A stretch of DNA of 60,482 nucleotides from a virus (lineage: Duplodnaviria; Caudoviricetes). A model generated the notes under the pieces. That model had not been told where the DNA came from. It did no database searches and saw only the letters and a list, made by a program, of their open reading frames with translations. The position numbers and the translations under genes were made by a program. Below are positions 27,328 through 38,100 of the stretch, in pieces; position 1 is the stretch's first letter, and every line of letters starts with the position of its first letter. The stretch is from IMG/VR virus record IMGVR_UViG_3300040733_000119, positions 1-60,482 of that record; one strand, given 5' to 3'.

Positions 27328-29085
27328 ATGATTATGCGTAAACTGTTTTTATTAACATGCCCTGAATGCCATGCAAACTGTGAGATTTCAATCACAAGTC
27401 GAGAGTATTCCTCAGATGACAACTCCTACTATGATGAAAGAGTAACTTCATATAAAGGCTGCAAAACATGTGGAGGAGAGTCACTAATTTTTAATGAGAA
27501 ATGGCTAGAAAATCACAAGGCCCCTAGTAAAGAAAAGTTAGAAAGCATTAGGGGAAAAGGATTCTTTGTAATTACTGCTAACATTGAAGTAAATTTTAAG
27601 GACTACATTCTATCTGCACTGTCAAAAAAGTATTGGTTAGCATTTCAGAAGAGTTTGACTTTTGACCAAATTAAGGTTCAAAATGTCATGGCATCAAAAC
27701 GACGAAAATACGAAACGGTCGATGATCTTAATAGTATTGAAATTAAGTCCGCTCTTTTTGCAGGTATCGTTACAAGTTTTAAACTATTCACCCTTACTGG
27801 TAACAAGCTCCCGGTGCATGATGCACTTCACAAACGTGCAATTCAAGAAGTTGAAAATTACGTTGATACCATTTCCGATCAGGAAGTTATAACAAAGCTT
27901 GCTACTAACAGTGATAACCACTATATGAAATTGTTTGCGATTAAAAAGCTTAAAAATCAACAAATAATAAGTGAACTTGCGCTACATGACACGAACAAAT
28001 ATATTCGAATTGCGGCTATTGAATTGTTGGCCGATCAAAATTTGCTAATCCCCATAGCCCTGCAATGCAACGATATAGATGAGCGGGAAGCAGCAATAAG
28101 CAGGGTTAAGGATCAGCAAATATTAGCTAAAATTATTAAAAACAATAAAGAAGAAAATAATTTACAATTAATTGCCCTTAAAGGAATTTCCGATCAAGAA
28201 ATACTATTCCAAGTCATTATGGAATTTGATAATACGAACACAATACCAAAGGGAGGCGTCGAAATTGCTATAAAAGGAATCTCCAGCGAGGACCGATTAG
28301 ATGAAATTGCACAAAACACAGAAAGTACCGAACTACGCTATGCCATAATTAAAAATTTGAATAACCAGAAGATTTTACGAAAAATTGCGACCACTAATAC
28401 TGATAGCTCGGCCCGAAAGTTAGCAATGTTTAAAATAGCCGATGAAAGTGTTATAACTGAAATAGCTTTAAATGATGAAGTCGAATCTGTTCGAGAGGCT
28501 GCCATTGAAAAAATCGTAAATGAGGAAGTATTGGAGCAGATTGCACTAAATGATGAATCCAATATTGTTCGAAAGGCTGCTGTTAAAAAAATTGATAATG
28601 AGAAAGTATTGGAGCAGATTGCTCTGAATGATGAAGCCGAATATGTTCGAAAGGCTGCTGTTGAAAAAATCACAGAAGAGAAAATATTAAAGAAAATAGC
28701 TATAAACGATAAAGATTCGAACGTACGAAGATCTGCTGTTAAAAAAATCACCTATATGAAAATTTTGGGGCAAATAGAGCGGGAAGATGGTGACAGCGAT
28801 GATTGCATCGCGGCAATGATGGGTATCAAAGATCAAACCGTGTTAGTTCGGATTGCGTTAAGTACTAAAGATCAAGATATCGGCCAGATCGCTGTTCGCA
28901 ATATATCAGGCCACGAGGCGCTAATCCAGGTGGCATTGGAAGCTGCGCATTGGTCTGCTCGAATATTTGCAATTCCTAAAATTAAGGACAGGGAGATCTT
29001 AGCAAAAATTATAAAGCAAGACCCAAACGAGAAATGCCGGGAGGAGGCAAATCATTGGATGCGTAAAGATCCTAAGTACAGGTAG
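27328..29085 (+). CDS. Zn-ribbon plus HEAT-like repeat protein
   Basis: CPEC..CKTC; 26-aa repeats (VLEQIALNDE..VRKAAV.KI) with a 78-bp DNA period. Confidence 0.8.
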   Translation: MIMRKLFLLTCPECHANCEISITSREYSSDDNSYYDERVTSYKGCKTCGGESLIFNEKWLENHKAPSKEKLESIRGKGFFVITANIEVNFKDYILSALSKKYWLAFQKSLTFDQIKVQNVMASKRRKYETVDDLNSIEIKSALFAGIVTSFKLFTLTGNKLPVHDALHKRAIQEVENYVDTISDQEVITKLATNSDNHYMKLFAIKKLKNQQIISELALHDTNKYIRIAAIELLADQNLLIPIALQCNDIDEREAAISRVKDQQILAKIIKNNKEENNLQLIALKGISDQEILFQVIMEFDNTNTIPKGGVEIAIKGISSEDRLDEIAQNTESTELRYAIIKNLNNQKILRKIATTNTDSSARKLAMFKIADESVITEIALNDEVESVREAAIEKIVNEEVLEQIALNDESNIVRKAAVKKIDNEKVLEQIALNDEAEYVRKAAVEKITEEKILKKIAINDKDSNVRRSAVKKITYMKILGQIEREDGDSDDCIAAMMGIKDQTVLVRIALSTKDQDIGQIAVRNISGHEALIQVALEAAHWSARIFAIPKIKDREILAKIIKQDPNEKCREEANHWMRKDPKYR

Positions 29086-29243
29086 CTCTTGATCGCGGAG
29101 CTATATAAGAATGCCAGAGGCATCACCTCGCTAAAACTGAACCTGGCATTCAAATTCATATGTCTCGTTGGGGATGACTGTGTCGTCTACTGCAATCTCT
29201 GAATTAGAGAAATAAGAAGAAGGTTAGGAGAGGGGCCAAGGCT

Positions 29244-30239
29244 ATGCTTTGGAGACAAATCTGGGGAGCACTTAAATCTATAGAAGTGATAATAGCTGTA
29301 GCGATCTTCTTCGTTGCTCTGTTACTAATCAACGGCCTGACTCTCATTTTGCCCGCTGATAATAAATATTATTCTGATACCTCATTTTTAGATAATATGC
29401 TGGCAAATGCCAACACGATGATTTTTGATATTGCTGTGGTGCTGGTACTAAACACTTTCCTCTTAAAAATTGCTGAAAGACGGAGTAAGATCCAAGATTA
29501 TTTTGATGAAATTGATGATTTCAGGGGATGGGACTCAGAAGAGGCTTCCCATCGTATTAGAGGCATTATTTTTCGACTAAATAAATTGGGCGTAACGAAA
29601 ATTGAATTAAACAGATGTTTTCTTTATTGTGCCAATCTCAATGCAGCAGATTTTCGCGGGACCAATCTCAGTTATGCCGATCTTCAGAGGGCCGATATTA
29701 TGAAGGCCAATCTTAGCGGGGCCAATCTTGAATGTGCTAATCTCAGCGGTGCCAATCTCGGCGGTGCCAATTTCAGCGGAGCCTATCTCTTCAATGCCAA
29801 TCTCACCGGCTCCGATCTCAGCGCAGCCGATCTCAGTGAGGCTAATTTGAGCGAAGCTTATCTCAACGGGGCTGATCTCCACCTGGCCAATCTAAATGGG
29901 GCCAAACTCAATGGGGCCGATTTAAATGTGGCCAATCTCAGTATGTCGAATCTCGAAGGGGCCGATCTCGAAGGGGCCGATCTTAAAAGGGCCGATCTCC
30001 TCTTGACCAATCTCACCAAGACCGATCTCCACTGGGCTAAGCTCACCGGGGCCGATCTTAGGGGTGCCAAGCTCCGGGGTGTTAAAAACATATTAAAGGC
30101 AGACGGATTAGATAGCGTCGACTTCACCGATGCCATCATGGACGACGAAACCCGCGAGTTTCTATCCAAGATCAACCCGACGGTGAAGCCTTTGGAGAAG
30201 TCAACTAAAGAAAATGGCGGAAGTGATAAAATTGCTTGA
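29244..30239 (+). CDS. Membrane-anchored pentapeptide-repeat protein (paralog 2)
   Basis: Same EIDDFRGW and DFTDAIMDDETREFLSKINPTVKP segments as 26215-27243. Confidence 0.88.
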   Translation: MLWRQIWGALKSIEVIIAVAIFFVALLLINGLTLILPADNKYYSDTSFLDNMLANANTMIFDIAVVLVLNTFLLKIAERRSKIQDYFDEIDDFRGWDSEEASHRIRGIIFRLNKLGVTKIELNRCFLYCANLNAADFRGTNLSYADLQRADIMKANLSGANLECANLSGANLGGANFSGAYLFNANLTGSDLSAADLSEANLSEAYLNGADLHLANLNGAKLNGADLNVANLSMSNLEGADLEGADLKRADLLLTNLTKTDLHWAKLTGADLRGAKLRGVKNILKADGLDSVDFTDAIMDDETREFLSKINPTVKPLEKSTKENGGSDKIA

Positions 30240-30361
30240 CTTTTTGTAGAATATTGCTACATTGAATAATAAATACTTCGAAGTTGGGATGTGGACGCTC
30301 TCTCAGGAGGCGGCATGGTGGGAATTTAAAGGCTCAGTCATGAACGTGGCTGGGCCTTTTT
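30236..30361 (+). ncRNA. Putative small RNA C with its own promoter and terminator
   Basis: TTGACT-16-TACATT; GGCTCAGTCAT/GTGGCTGGGCC stem plus T run; paralog of RNA B. Confidence 0.55.
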
Positions 30362-30508
30362 ATTTTGCCTGAGTTAGACTTCTTTTTAGATTTTCATGAA
30401 TCTTCAAAATAGTACAGTCGTTCGACGGCCGAATTTCTGCAACTATATTAATCATTGATTATTATCACTTTTTAAAAGCAAAGAGCAAATAAGTGAGCAG
30501 GTACTAAA

Positions 30509-31198
30509 ATGAAATTGAAAGCAATAAAATGTCTACATAGTTTTTTCTGTTGGCTTAAAAAAAATCCAAACTTAGTCCTCGCTGTTTTGACATTTTTCTA
30601 TGTAGTTTTTACGTACTCAATAATGAAGCAATCAAAATCTCAGACGGAGATATTAGCATTTAATTCAAAAATATTAAATAGACCATATTTGGATATTTCG
30701 ATCACCAAATTTGATACATCTAATCCATTTAAACATAGATATCCAATAACTGACATCAATGGAACCATTCGCATTAATATCAGGAATAGAGGTAGGACTC
30801 CTGCAATCCCAATTCTGGTTGCGTTCCATGTAGACTCATTATCTACTAATCAGCTCAATTTGCGAGATACACTATTAATTAATAAGAAGTTGTTGCTAGA
30901 TACAGACAATGAAAATTTGCCAGAAATATTTCCTCAAGATTTCGAGTACCCACATGGAATAACGTTTACAGATAAAAGAACAAATCTGCAGGGCTATTTG
31001 TACGTTCATAATATTATTTTATACAAAGATAGCTATGATGATTGTCACGATTTCTATTCAATTACTCCATGTGTTTTTGATACTGCAAGACGAGGCAGAT
31101 TTGATTTTCCTGCCAGAATATCTATGCATGATTGGAGCGAAAAGGAAGTAAAAAGACTAAATAAAATATTAAACAAGAATAATGCAATTGAGCGCTAA
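30509..31198 (+). CDS. Single-TM hypothetical protein
   Basis: LVLAVLTFFYVVFTY..RPYL..NRGRTPA. Confidence 0.65.
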   Translation: MKLKAIKCLHSFFCWLKKNPNLVLAVLTFFYVVFTYSIMKQSKSQTEILAFNSKILNRPYLDISITKFDTSNPFKHRYPITDINGTIRINIRNRGRTPAIPILVAFHVDSLSTNQLNLRDTLLINKKLLLDTDNENLPEIFPQDFEYPHGITFTDKRTNLQGYLYVHNIILYKDSYDDCHDFYSITPCVFDTARRGRFDFPARISMHDWSEKEVKRLNKILNKNNAIER

Positions 31199-31315
31199 AC
31201 CTCACTTTTACAGTGGGTGTTCCTAAATTTACTATTTTTTCAGCTTTATTGAGCAAGGCTGTATCAAGATTATTCTGCATGGGCTGTTAGGGCTGATAAA
31301 AAAAGTAATGGGAGG

Positions 31316-32245
31316 ATGGATATGAAGATCACTTATTATAAATACTGGATTTGGCATAACAATCTGAGATACCGCCACAGTCTGCTTCCCCTGCTTGATG
31401 CGTTTGCCTCAATTGATGACCCTGTATTCAGACAATCCATCCGAACCAAAGAACAGGGTGAATCGATGATGCTCTATAAATTACGAGACAGGCTATTTCT
31501 TTTTCTAGTAACAAAGCCGGAAGAAATAATAAAGACCATCGATGCCAGAGCAAAGCCTCATGATATTTATGAAAAGCTCAGCAAGGAAGAAAAACTTTGT
31601 TTTGCCTCCTACATCTATCTCAGTGACAGCTTTTTCGCACTCGCAAGCACATTTCATGGTCCCAGATGTGCCTTTTTTCTGTTGTTTCTTAAGAAGATTT
31701 TGAGCAGATTACACTTGAATGATATGGTGATCGAGGCTGGAGGATTCCCATCTGAAGCGACAAGGGAAGAAGTGCTTAATTTTGAATTCAAAGGAGAGAT
31801 CTATTTTGAGATAGACCGGACAAGCCCATGGTTTTTAAGAATGTTTGGTGATCTGTTCGGCAATGAGGTTATAGACAGTTCTACCATTGGAGTTCATATC
31901 AAACCTGAACCGAGGCAGCAGATGCGACAATCATTTGATGAGATTGTTCGCAGCATTCCGGATGAGGGTCTGCGCAAATTTATAGTCAAGGCCAAACCAG
32001 ATATGGAAGATGCCCTGAGTGAGTTCTGCATCATCGGGAAAAATTATGTTCAAGATGCAATTACTAACTCGCGCAGCGAGGTAGCGATCTGTGAAGAGAT
32101 CGCTGATAAAATACAGCAAAACGCTGAATTGCACGAGAAAGTGAGGGAATATGAGCACGAAGGAGGTTATGAGGATGAAGATCTTCCGGGTCTCGCTCAT
32201 TTTAATATCCTTGATAATTGGAGGCCTATTATTGGCGCTGTTTGA
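31316..32245 (+). CDS. rexA: Lambda RexA-like exclusion protein
   Basis: Collinear similarity to lambda RexA as recalled: FLF, F.S(F/Y), GP, T(K/R)(D/E)(D/E)V..F.G, IKP, AK...D.L.E, I.EE.A. Confidence 0.7.
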   Translation: MDMKITYYKYWIWHNNLRYRHSLLPLLDAFASIDDPVFRQSIRTKEQGESMMLYKLRDRLFLFLVTKPEEIIKTIDARAKPHDIYEKLSKEEKLCFASYIYLSDSFFALASTFHGPRCAFFLLFLKKILSRLHLNDMVIEAGGFPSEATREEVLNFEFKGEIYFEIDRTSPWFLRMFGDLFGNEVIDSSTIGVHIKPEPRQQMRQSFDEIVRSIPDEGLRKFIVKAKPDMEDALSEFCIIGKNYVQDAITNSRSEVAICEEIADKIQQNAELHEKVREYEHEGGYEDEDLPGLAHFNILDNWRPIIGAV

Positions 32246-32597
32246 GTGCTGCAAATTAACGAAGGAAATGTTCTGCCACGTCGATGTAGTATCTGATATC
32301 ATTTCGACGTTTTGCATTGCGCTGATCGGAACGATGTCTGCGGTTATTGTGATAATAACTGGATTGAAAGATTCCTATTATATGAGGATCTACATTGCCC
32401 ATGGTCATTTTAAAAGGTATGTATTCCTGTATTTTTTCACTATCATATCATTAGTCTTGACTCATCTATTTTCGATCGCCGCTTTTTACTCTATCATTTG
32501 GTTTGATCTTATGCTGGCATCGATGATTGTGAATATTATTCAGTTTATATTTATTATTTCGATCACCTGGAGTGTCTATAATAAAAGCCCGAAATAA
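32175..32597 (+). CDS. Four-TM RexB-like membrane protein
   Basis: 140 aa, four hydrophobic helices, overlaps the rexA-like gene; SD AGGAGG. Confidence 0.6.
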   Translation: MKIFRVSLILISLIIGGLLLALFECCKLTKEMFCHVDVVSDIISTFCIALIGTMSAVIVIITGLKDSYYMRIYIAHGHFKRYVFLYFFTIISLVLTHLFSIAAFYSIIWFDLMLASMIVNIIQFIFIISITWSVYNKSPK

Positions 32598-32714
32598 ACA
32601 TTTTTTTAAATGCGCGGAATAATAAACCCAGTTTAAAACCGGTCATATTAATACCTGGCACCAAAGATATCCCTAAAAGCGCACAATCTAATCAGATATT
32701 CAGGAAATACTAAT

Positions 32715-33308
32715 ATGGACAGGAAAAAGGAGCCTGATTCTCCGCCGGCGGAAGAAATGACTAAAACTACATTATACGACTTTATTGATACCAACCACAA
32801 ATTAATCAGCTCCTTAGGGGTCTTTATTGCACTTACATTATTCTCAATGTCACTCCGTCTGTCTTATTTAGGCAATCTACTCACCATCTTATTGTTATTG
32901 CTAACGATTTTGATATGGTTTGAACTTGTATGGCGTTTACCTTGGGGCGATGTTTCTATTACATTGGGTCTTTTTAAGTATGGTATCCGTTTTATTTTCC
33001 CCCTACTTTTAGTATACCATCTTCTTGAATTTCGTGATTTTTGGCACGAATGGCTAAATTTACCCATTTGGACTTTACTGTTAGCGGGCGTTTCAGGACT
33101 CCTATCTAAAATTGGCTTCATTAAATGGGTCCATGCTGGAGCAACAACCTGGAAGCATAATTTGCGGACTCTCCTCGGGATAGTAATTTTTTTTGTGCTT
33201 TTATATCCAATAACGAAATTATCAAGTTATCTGGCCTCTGAAATAAATGCCAAACTTGATAAGACCTATACACATTTATTGGAAAAGAGCATTGAGGAGC
33301 AGAAGTGA
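32715..33308 (+). CDS. Multi-pass membrane protein
   Basis: About five hydrophobic helices; GTGA overlap with the MTase gene. Confidence 0.65.
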   Translation: MDRKKEPDSPPAEEMTKTTLYDFIDTNHKLISSLGVFIALTLFSMSLRLSYLGNLLTILLLLLTILIWFELVWRLPWGDVSITLGLFKYGIRFIFPLLLVYHLLEFRDFWHEWLNLPIWTLLLAGVSGLLSKIGFIKWVHAGATTWKHNLRTLLGIVIFFVLLYPITKLSSYLASEINAKLDKTYTHLLEKSIEEQK

Positions 33309-34939
33309 ACACCCTCTTCTATGGCGACAACCTCACCATTTTGCGTGAATATATTGCCTCGGAAAGCATCGATCTGATTTACCTGGATCCGCCCTTCAAT
33401 TCCAACCGGAACTATAATGTCCTGTTCAAAGAAGAGAGCGGCCAGGAGGCAGCGGCCCAGATAACCGCCTTTGAAGATACCTGGCATTGGAACCAACTGG
33501 CTGAGAAGACATATCAGGAGTTGGTGACTGATAGCAGTCCACGGCTTTCGAGCCTGATCAGCGCCCTCCGCCAAGCGATCGGGACCAATCAAATGATGGC
33601 CTACCTGGTGATGATGGCAGTGCGGCTCGAGGAGTTGCACCGGGTTCTGAAGCCTACCGGCAGTCTGTACCTACATTGTGATCCAACGGCGAGCCATTAT
33701 TTAAAAATTATCTTGGATTCAGTTTTCGGTGCCGACAAGTTCATTAATGAGGTTATATGGAAACGAACAAGCAGCCATAATGATGCACGTAGAAATTTTA
33801 GTAGCGTTAATGATAACTTGATGATTTACGGCAAATCTAACTCGTATTTTTTTAATCAACAATTCATACCGTATGATGCTAACTATATCAGAAACAACTT
33901 TAAATACAGTGATCCTGATGGTCGCCATTATTCATCAGCAGATTTACGTAGTCCAAATCCAAGGCCAAACTTAACTTATGAATACAAAGGCTACAAACCT
34001 CATGCAAATGGTTGGACAGTATCATTTGAAAAAATGCAGGAGTTGGATTTTCAAGGCAGGCTGATATTTCCTAATGATCCAAATGGTCGAATTCGGGTAA
34101 AAAAATATCTGGATGAAATGCCTGGCATTGCACTGAGTAGCATTTGGGACGATATCCCGCCAATTAGTTCTCAAGCAGCTGAACGCCTAGGCTACCCCAC
34201 CCAAAAGCCTGTTGCCCTACTTGAAAGAATTATCCAGGCCAGCAGCAATCAAGGCGATCTGGTCCTGGATCCCTTCTGCGGCTGCGGCACCACCATTGCA
34301 GCCGCCCAGAATCTTGGAAGGCGATGGATCGGGATCGATATTACCCACCTTTCCATCGCCTTGCAGAAATATCGCCTTACTGATGCCTTCGGTCTTGAGG
34401 TCGGAAAAGATTATCAGGTAATCGGTGAACCGGAGGATCTCGGATCTGCCAGGCAGCTTTCTCTCGACGATCGCTATCAGTTCCAGTGGTGGGCCCTTTC
34501 CCTTATAAAAGCCAGACCATTGGGAGAAGGCAAAGTCCGGGAAGGGAAAAAAGGTAGCGATCGGGGAATTGACGGGGTTATCTCATTTATCGATGAAGCG
34601 AATGGTCAAGCAAAGAAGATCCTGGTGCAGGTAAAGAGCGGCAAGGTTAAAAGCGGCGACATCCGGGACCTGCGAGGCACGATCGAAAGAGAAGGAGCCG
34701 CAATGGGTGTTTTCATTACCCTGGAAGCTCCCACCCGTGAGATGTTGGCAGAGGCTGTTGCAGCTGGATATTACAAGTCGCCGGGATGGAAGCGGGATTA
34801 TCCAAAGATGCAGATTTTCTCGATCGAGCAGTTGCTGACTGGAGGAGAAATCAAGATGCCACCAGCGGCAACAACCTACAAGACTGCCCGAAAGGCGCAA
34901 GCCGGAACTGGCGACGAGCAGCAGAATCTCTTCGAATAA
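33305..34939 (+). CDS. Beta-class N6/N4 DNA methyltransferase fused to an Mrr-like endonuclease domain
   Basis: [22 protein letters not shown]; C-terminal DRGIDG..VQVKSG. Confidence 0.9.
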   Translation: MNTLFYGDNLTILREYIASESIDLIYLDPPFNSNRNYNVLFKEESGQEAAAQITAFEDTWHWNQLAEKTYQELVTDSSPRLSSLISALRQAIGTNQMMAYLVMMAVRLEELHRVLKPTGSLYLHCDPTASHYLKIILDSVFGADKFINEVIWKRTSSHNDARRNFSSVNDNLMIYGKSNSYFFNQQFIPYDANYIRNNFKYSDPDGRHYSSADLRSPNPRPNLTYEYKGYKPHANGWTVSFEKMQELDFQGRLIFPNDPNGRIRVKKYLDEMPGIALSSIWDDIPPISSQAAERLGYPTQKPVALLERIIQASSNQGDLVLDPFCGCGTTIAAAQNLGRRWIGIDITHLSIALQKYRLTDAFGLEVGKDYQVIGEPEDLGSARQLSLDDRYQFQWWALSLIKARPLGEGKVREGKKGSDRGIDGVISFIDEANGQAKKILVQVKSGKVKSGDIRDLRGTIEREGAAMGVFITLEAPTREMLAEAVAAGYYKSPGWKRDYPKMQIFSIEQLLTGGEIKMPPAATTYKTARKAQAGTGDEQQNLFE

Positions 34940-34951
34940 TACTTTTTTATC

Positions 34952-35078
34952 TTGACAATGTCGTTAAAAATGATTTAATTTAACCATTATATTTGACCCG
35001 GGTGGCCGGGAAACGGAGCCCGTGTTTCGCTTTTTCTCTCGAAAAGAGAGGGAAGGTGAGGCACGGGCTCTTTTTTTT
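34952..35078 (+). promoter_or_regulatory. Promoter, leader hairpin and long terminator upstream of the capsid operon
   Basis: TTGACA at 34952; CCCGG-GTGG-CCGGG hairpin 34997-35010; 25-bp GU-rich stem 35016-35070 plus T8. Confidence 0.6.
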
Positions 35079-35167
35079 GTACCTACGGCGTGCTACCTCC
35101 ACACGCCCCATAGAGGCGGGGCGGGACCAGCCCAGCCCGCCCTGTCTCAATTCATAGGAGAAGGATC

Positions 35168-38100
35168 ATGCCTTATTCGAGTTTATCGGATGCGCCAGCC
35201 AGCTGGAAGAAGCTGGGGGATGTGACGCTGACACTTTCCCAGGTCAACTGGATCGCAAAGATCTACGACGCCCTGGTGGCCAAGGGCCTGGAAAAGGGAG
35301 TGGCTGCAGGGACTGCGATCAACAAATTCAAGAAATCCCACAAGATGGTGGACGGCAAGTGGGTAGCGGTCAAGAAGGAAGAGGACGAGGCAAACGAGGT
35401 CATCGAGATCACAGCCGAGGAGATCGAGGGAGGTTTGGAGGAGTTCCGGAACAGAGTCCGACAAGCCCTCAGAGCCAAACACCCCACCGGATACAGCTAT
35501 TTGAGGGACATCACCGGAGGCAATTCCGCCATTTACGAGATGAGCGATCCTAAAACCGGGGAGACCAAAACCTACAAAGCTCAATTTGCCGAGGTTGATG
35601 GCCAATTCATTTTCGGCGATCCCCAGGAAGTTGAGATCAAGGAAGTCGTCAAGCCGGTCCAGCCGGCAGCTGAGGAGAAGCCAAAGGGCGCACCGAATAC
35701 CCTGGCGGATTTCCTGATCGAGGAGACGGTCACCCGAACCGTAGAATCCGAAGCCGGGCTGCAGTTCAACCTCGCCGGGCATATCCTGCTGGAAGAGAAG
35801 GATCCAGCCCAATCGGACTCCATAAAGGCACGGGTGCCGATGATAAAGTTCGGCGCCCTCACCGACAACAAGAACCGCTACCTGGAGGAGTGCTGGGATG
35901 CGCTCAGCCAGGAGATTGCCCTATTAAACGAATCAAAAACGAAGCGCCGGGTGCTGGATATGTACCCGACGCACCGGCCTGCACTGGATCCGAAAGATCC
36001 GGATTATTTCATGCTGCGGGCTGCTAAAATCACCGGCGCCTCAAAACAAGGGGACGTCGGTTTCATCCATTTCGAGACCCTTCGGACCGAGGCCGGCCGC
36101 ACGATGGCTGTACAGGTTCAGGAAGGCATGGTGGACGGCGTGTCCCTGCGGGCCTACCCGCGACCTGGCTATTATCTCCAAAATGAGCAGGGTGGGCTCG
36201 ACGTGCGTCAGCTGCTGTTTATGGGTTCCGATTTCACCGACATCGGCGCCATGCCGATCGATGAAGGTCAAAAAGGTTTTCACTTAGAGGAGAAGCATGT
36301 CATGAACCTGGAAGAACTCAAGAAAACGGACCCGGAAGCCTATAACCGCGTCATGGCGGAGGCTGCCCAGGCTGAGGCCGCAAAGGCCAAGCCGCTTACC
36401 GAAGAAAACGAGCGGCTGAAAAAGCAGCTGGCTGAAGAGGCCGCCCAGCGGCGCAAGACCTCGCTGATCGAACATATCCGTGCCGCAATCGCCAAGGTCA
36501 AGGACTTTGGCGACACCGTCAAGGCCAATGTGCTCGAAGAGGTTACGGCAGTCATGGACCGGATCATGGCCGAACAGGCCAACGATGATGTGGCCAAACT
36601 GAAGCTGGAAGAGGTAGTCGCCAATGCCTTCAACCGCCGCAAGGCCGAGATCGCTGAAGCCCTGAAAGAGACCATGAAAGGTCAGCAAAAGATCATCACC
36701 GATCCCAGCGTCATTTCCACCCTGACCACCGAAGCCCGCCAGGCCGGGCTGACCAAGGAGATCACCGGCGGCTCCACCCGCATCCGGGACCTTCTGCTTG
36801 CCAAGGTGTTCAACCGTCCGGTGTACGAAAGCGGCCGGTTCCTGCTGGAATCGTGGGCCGACAAGCTGGAGCCCCTGATCCGGAAGCAGCTCTATTACAT
36901 GGACTTTGTCGGCAAGATGCAGAACGACATTTTCGCAGCCGGCGGCATGCTCCACAATATGCTGCTTTCCGAGGAGATGAACAAGGCGGTCGCTCCGCTC
37001 TTGACCGAAGCCAACGAAGGCACGACCACCGGCGTGATCAGCACCAACCTTCCCCATGAGGTCGCGGCTGCGCTGATCTATGCGGCATGGCCCGAGACCA
37101 TTGCCATGCAGATCTGCCAGACCGGCGATATGACCTCCAGCACCAAGGACATCTTTGAGGTCGGCTATCCCACCGGCGACAATGTGTTCAAACGCGGCCA
37201 GCATGAATTCGGCTGGGTCGATGAGGCCAATCCCACCACCCTGGTTCTGACCACGGCCAGCCCCACGACCTACGGCGATTTCGTCGATGAAGGCGCCCTG
37301 GCTGCATCCAGCAACCAGTATGCGGACCATCTTTTCGCCCGTCTGGTCGAAGCGCCGGTCGGCATCGACATGGTCATCACCATCACCGGCACCGATGAAA
37401 ACGGCACGGCTGCGACCTGGACCGTGACTTTCCTGACCACCGACGCCCTCGGCACCATCAAACGCTGCGCCCCGACCAACGTCGGCCAGAAATGCACCGA
37501 TGTGACGGCTGTTTCGGTTGCCGATTCCGGCACCCTGACGGCCGGCCAGGTCGGGTTCTTCGTCGAAAAGCCGGTCACCGGAGCCACTGCAGGATCCGCC
37601 GAGGACAAGACCTACCTGGGCATCACCAAGTCCACCGCCACGGCGGATGACTACGACCTGGGCGCCCGCCTCGACATCTCCCTGATCGAGGACATGCAGA
37701 TGGCCATGAAAGACGGCGGCGGTGGTCTGGATTACCTGGCCCTGATCGTCTCCACCCTCAAGAAGGCCATCATCGACCAGATCGACCGCAAGGTGCTCTA
37801 TGAGGTCATCGACGACGCCACCGGCGGAAGCCAGACCTTCGCTCAATCCACCCCGGAGTCCGGCTACACCCAGGCCGAGTGGAACAAGCGGTTCCTGTAC
37901 TACTGCGACCTTCTGGTCGATGAGACCAGTCTGGCCGGCAACATGGAACCCAACTGGATGGTGTGGAGCCGGGCCGACCGGAGCCGCTTCATGGACTGGC
38001 TGGCCGAAGGTTGGACCAAGTACAACGTGAACCGGAACGAACTTCATCTCAACAGCCGGACCATCGGCAACGTCTCCGGCTGCGAGGTGTTCGTCTCCCC

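Noticed and set aside
24860-30080. Repetitive DNA resembling a CRISPR array or DGR template/variable repeats
   Set aside because: The repeats are coding pentapeptide (15 bp) and HEAT (78 bp) units; no spacers, cas genes or reverse transcriptase, and paralog differences are not adenine-specific
22218-34939. Integron-like cassette array
   Set aside because: No convincing attC (RYYYAAC..GTTRRRY) sites between genes and no integron integrase
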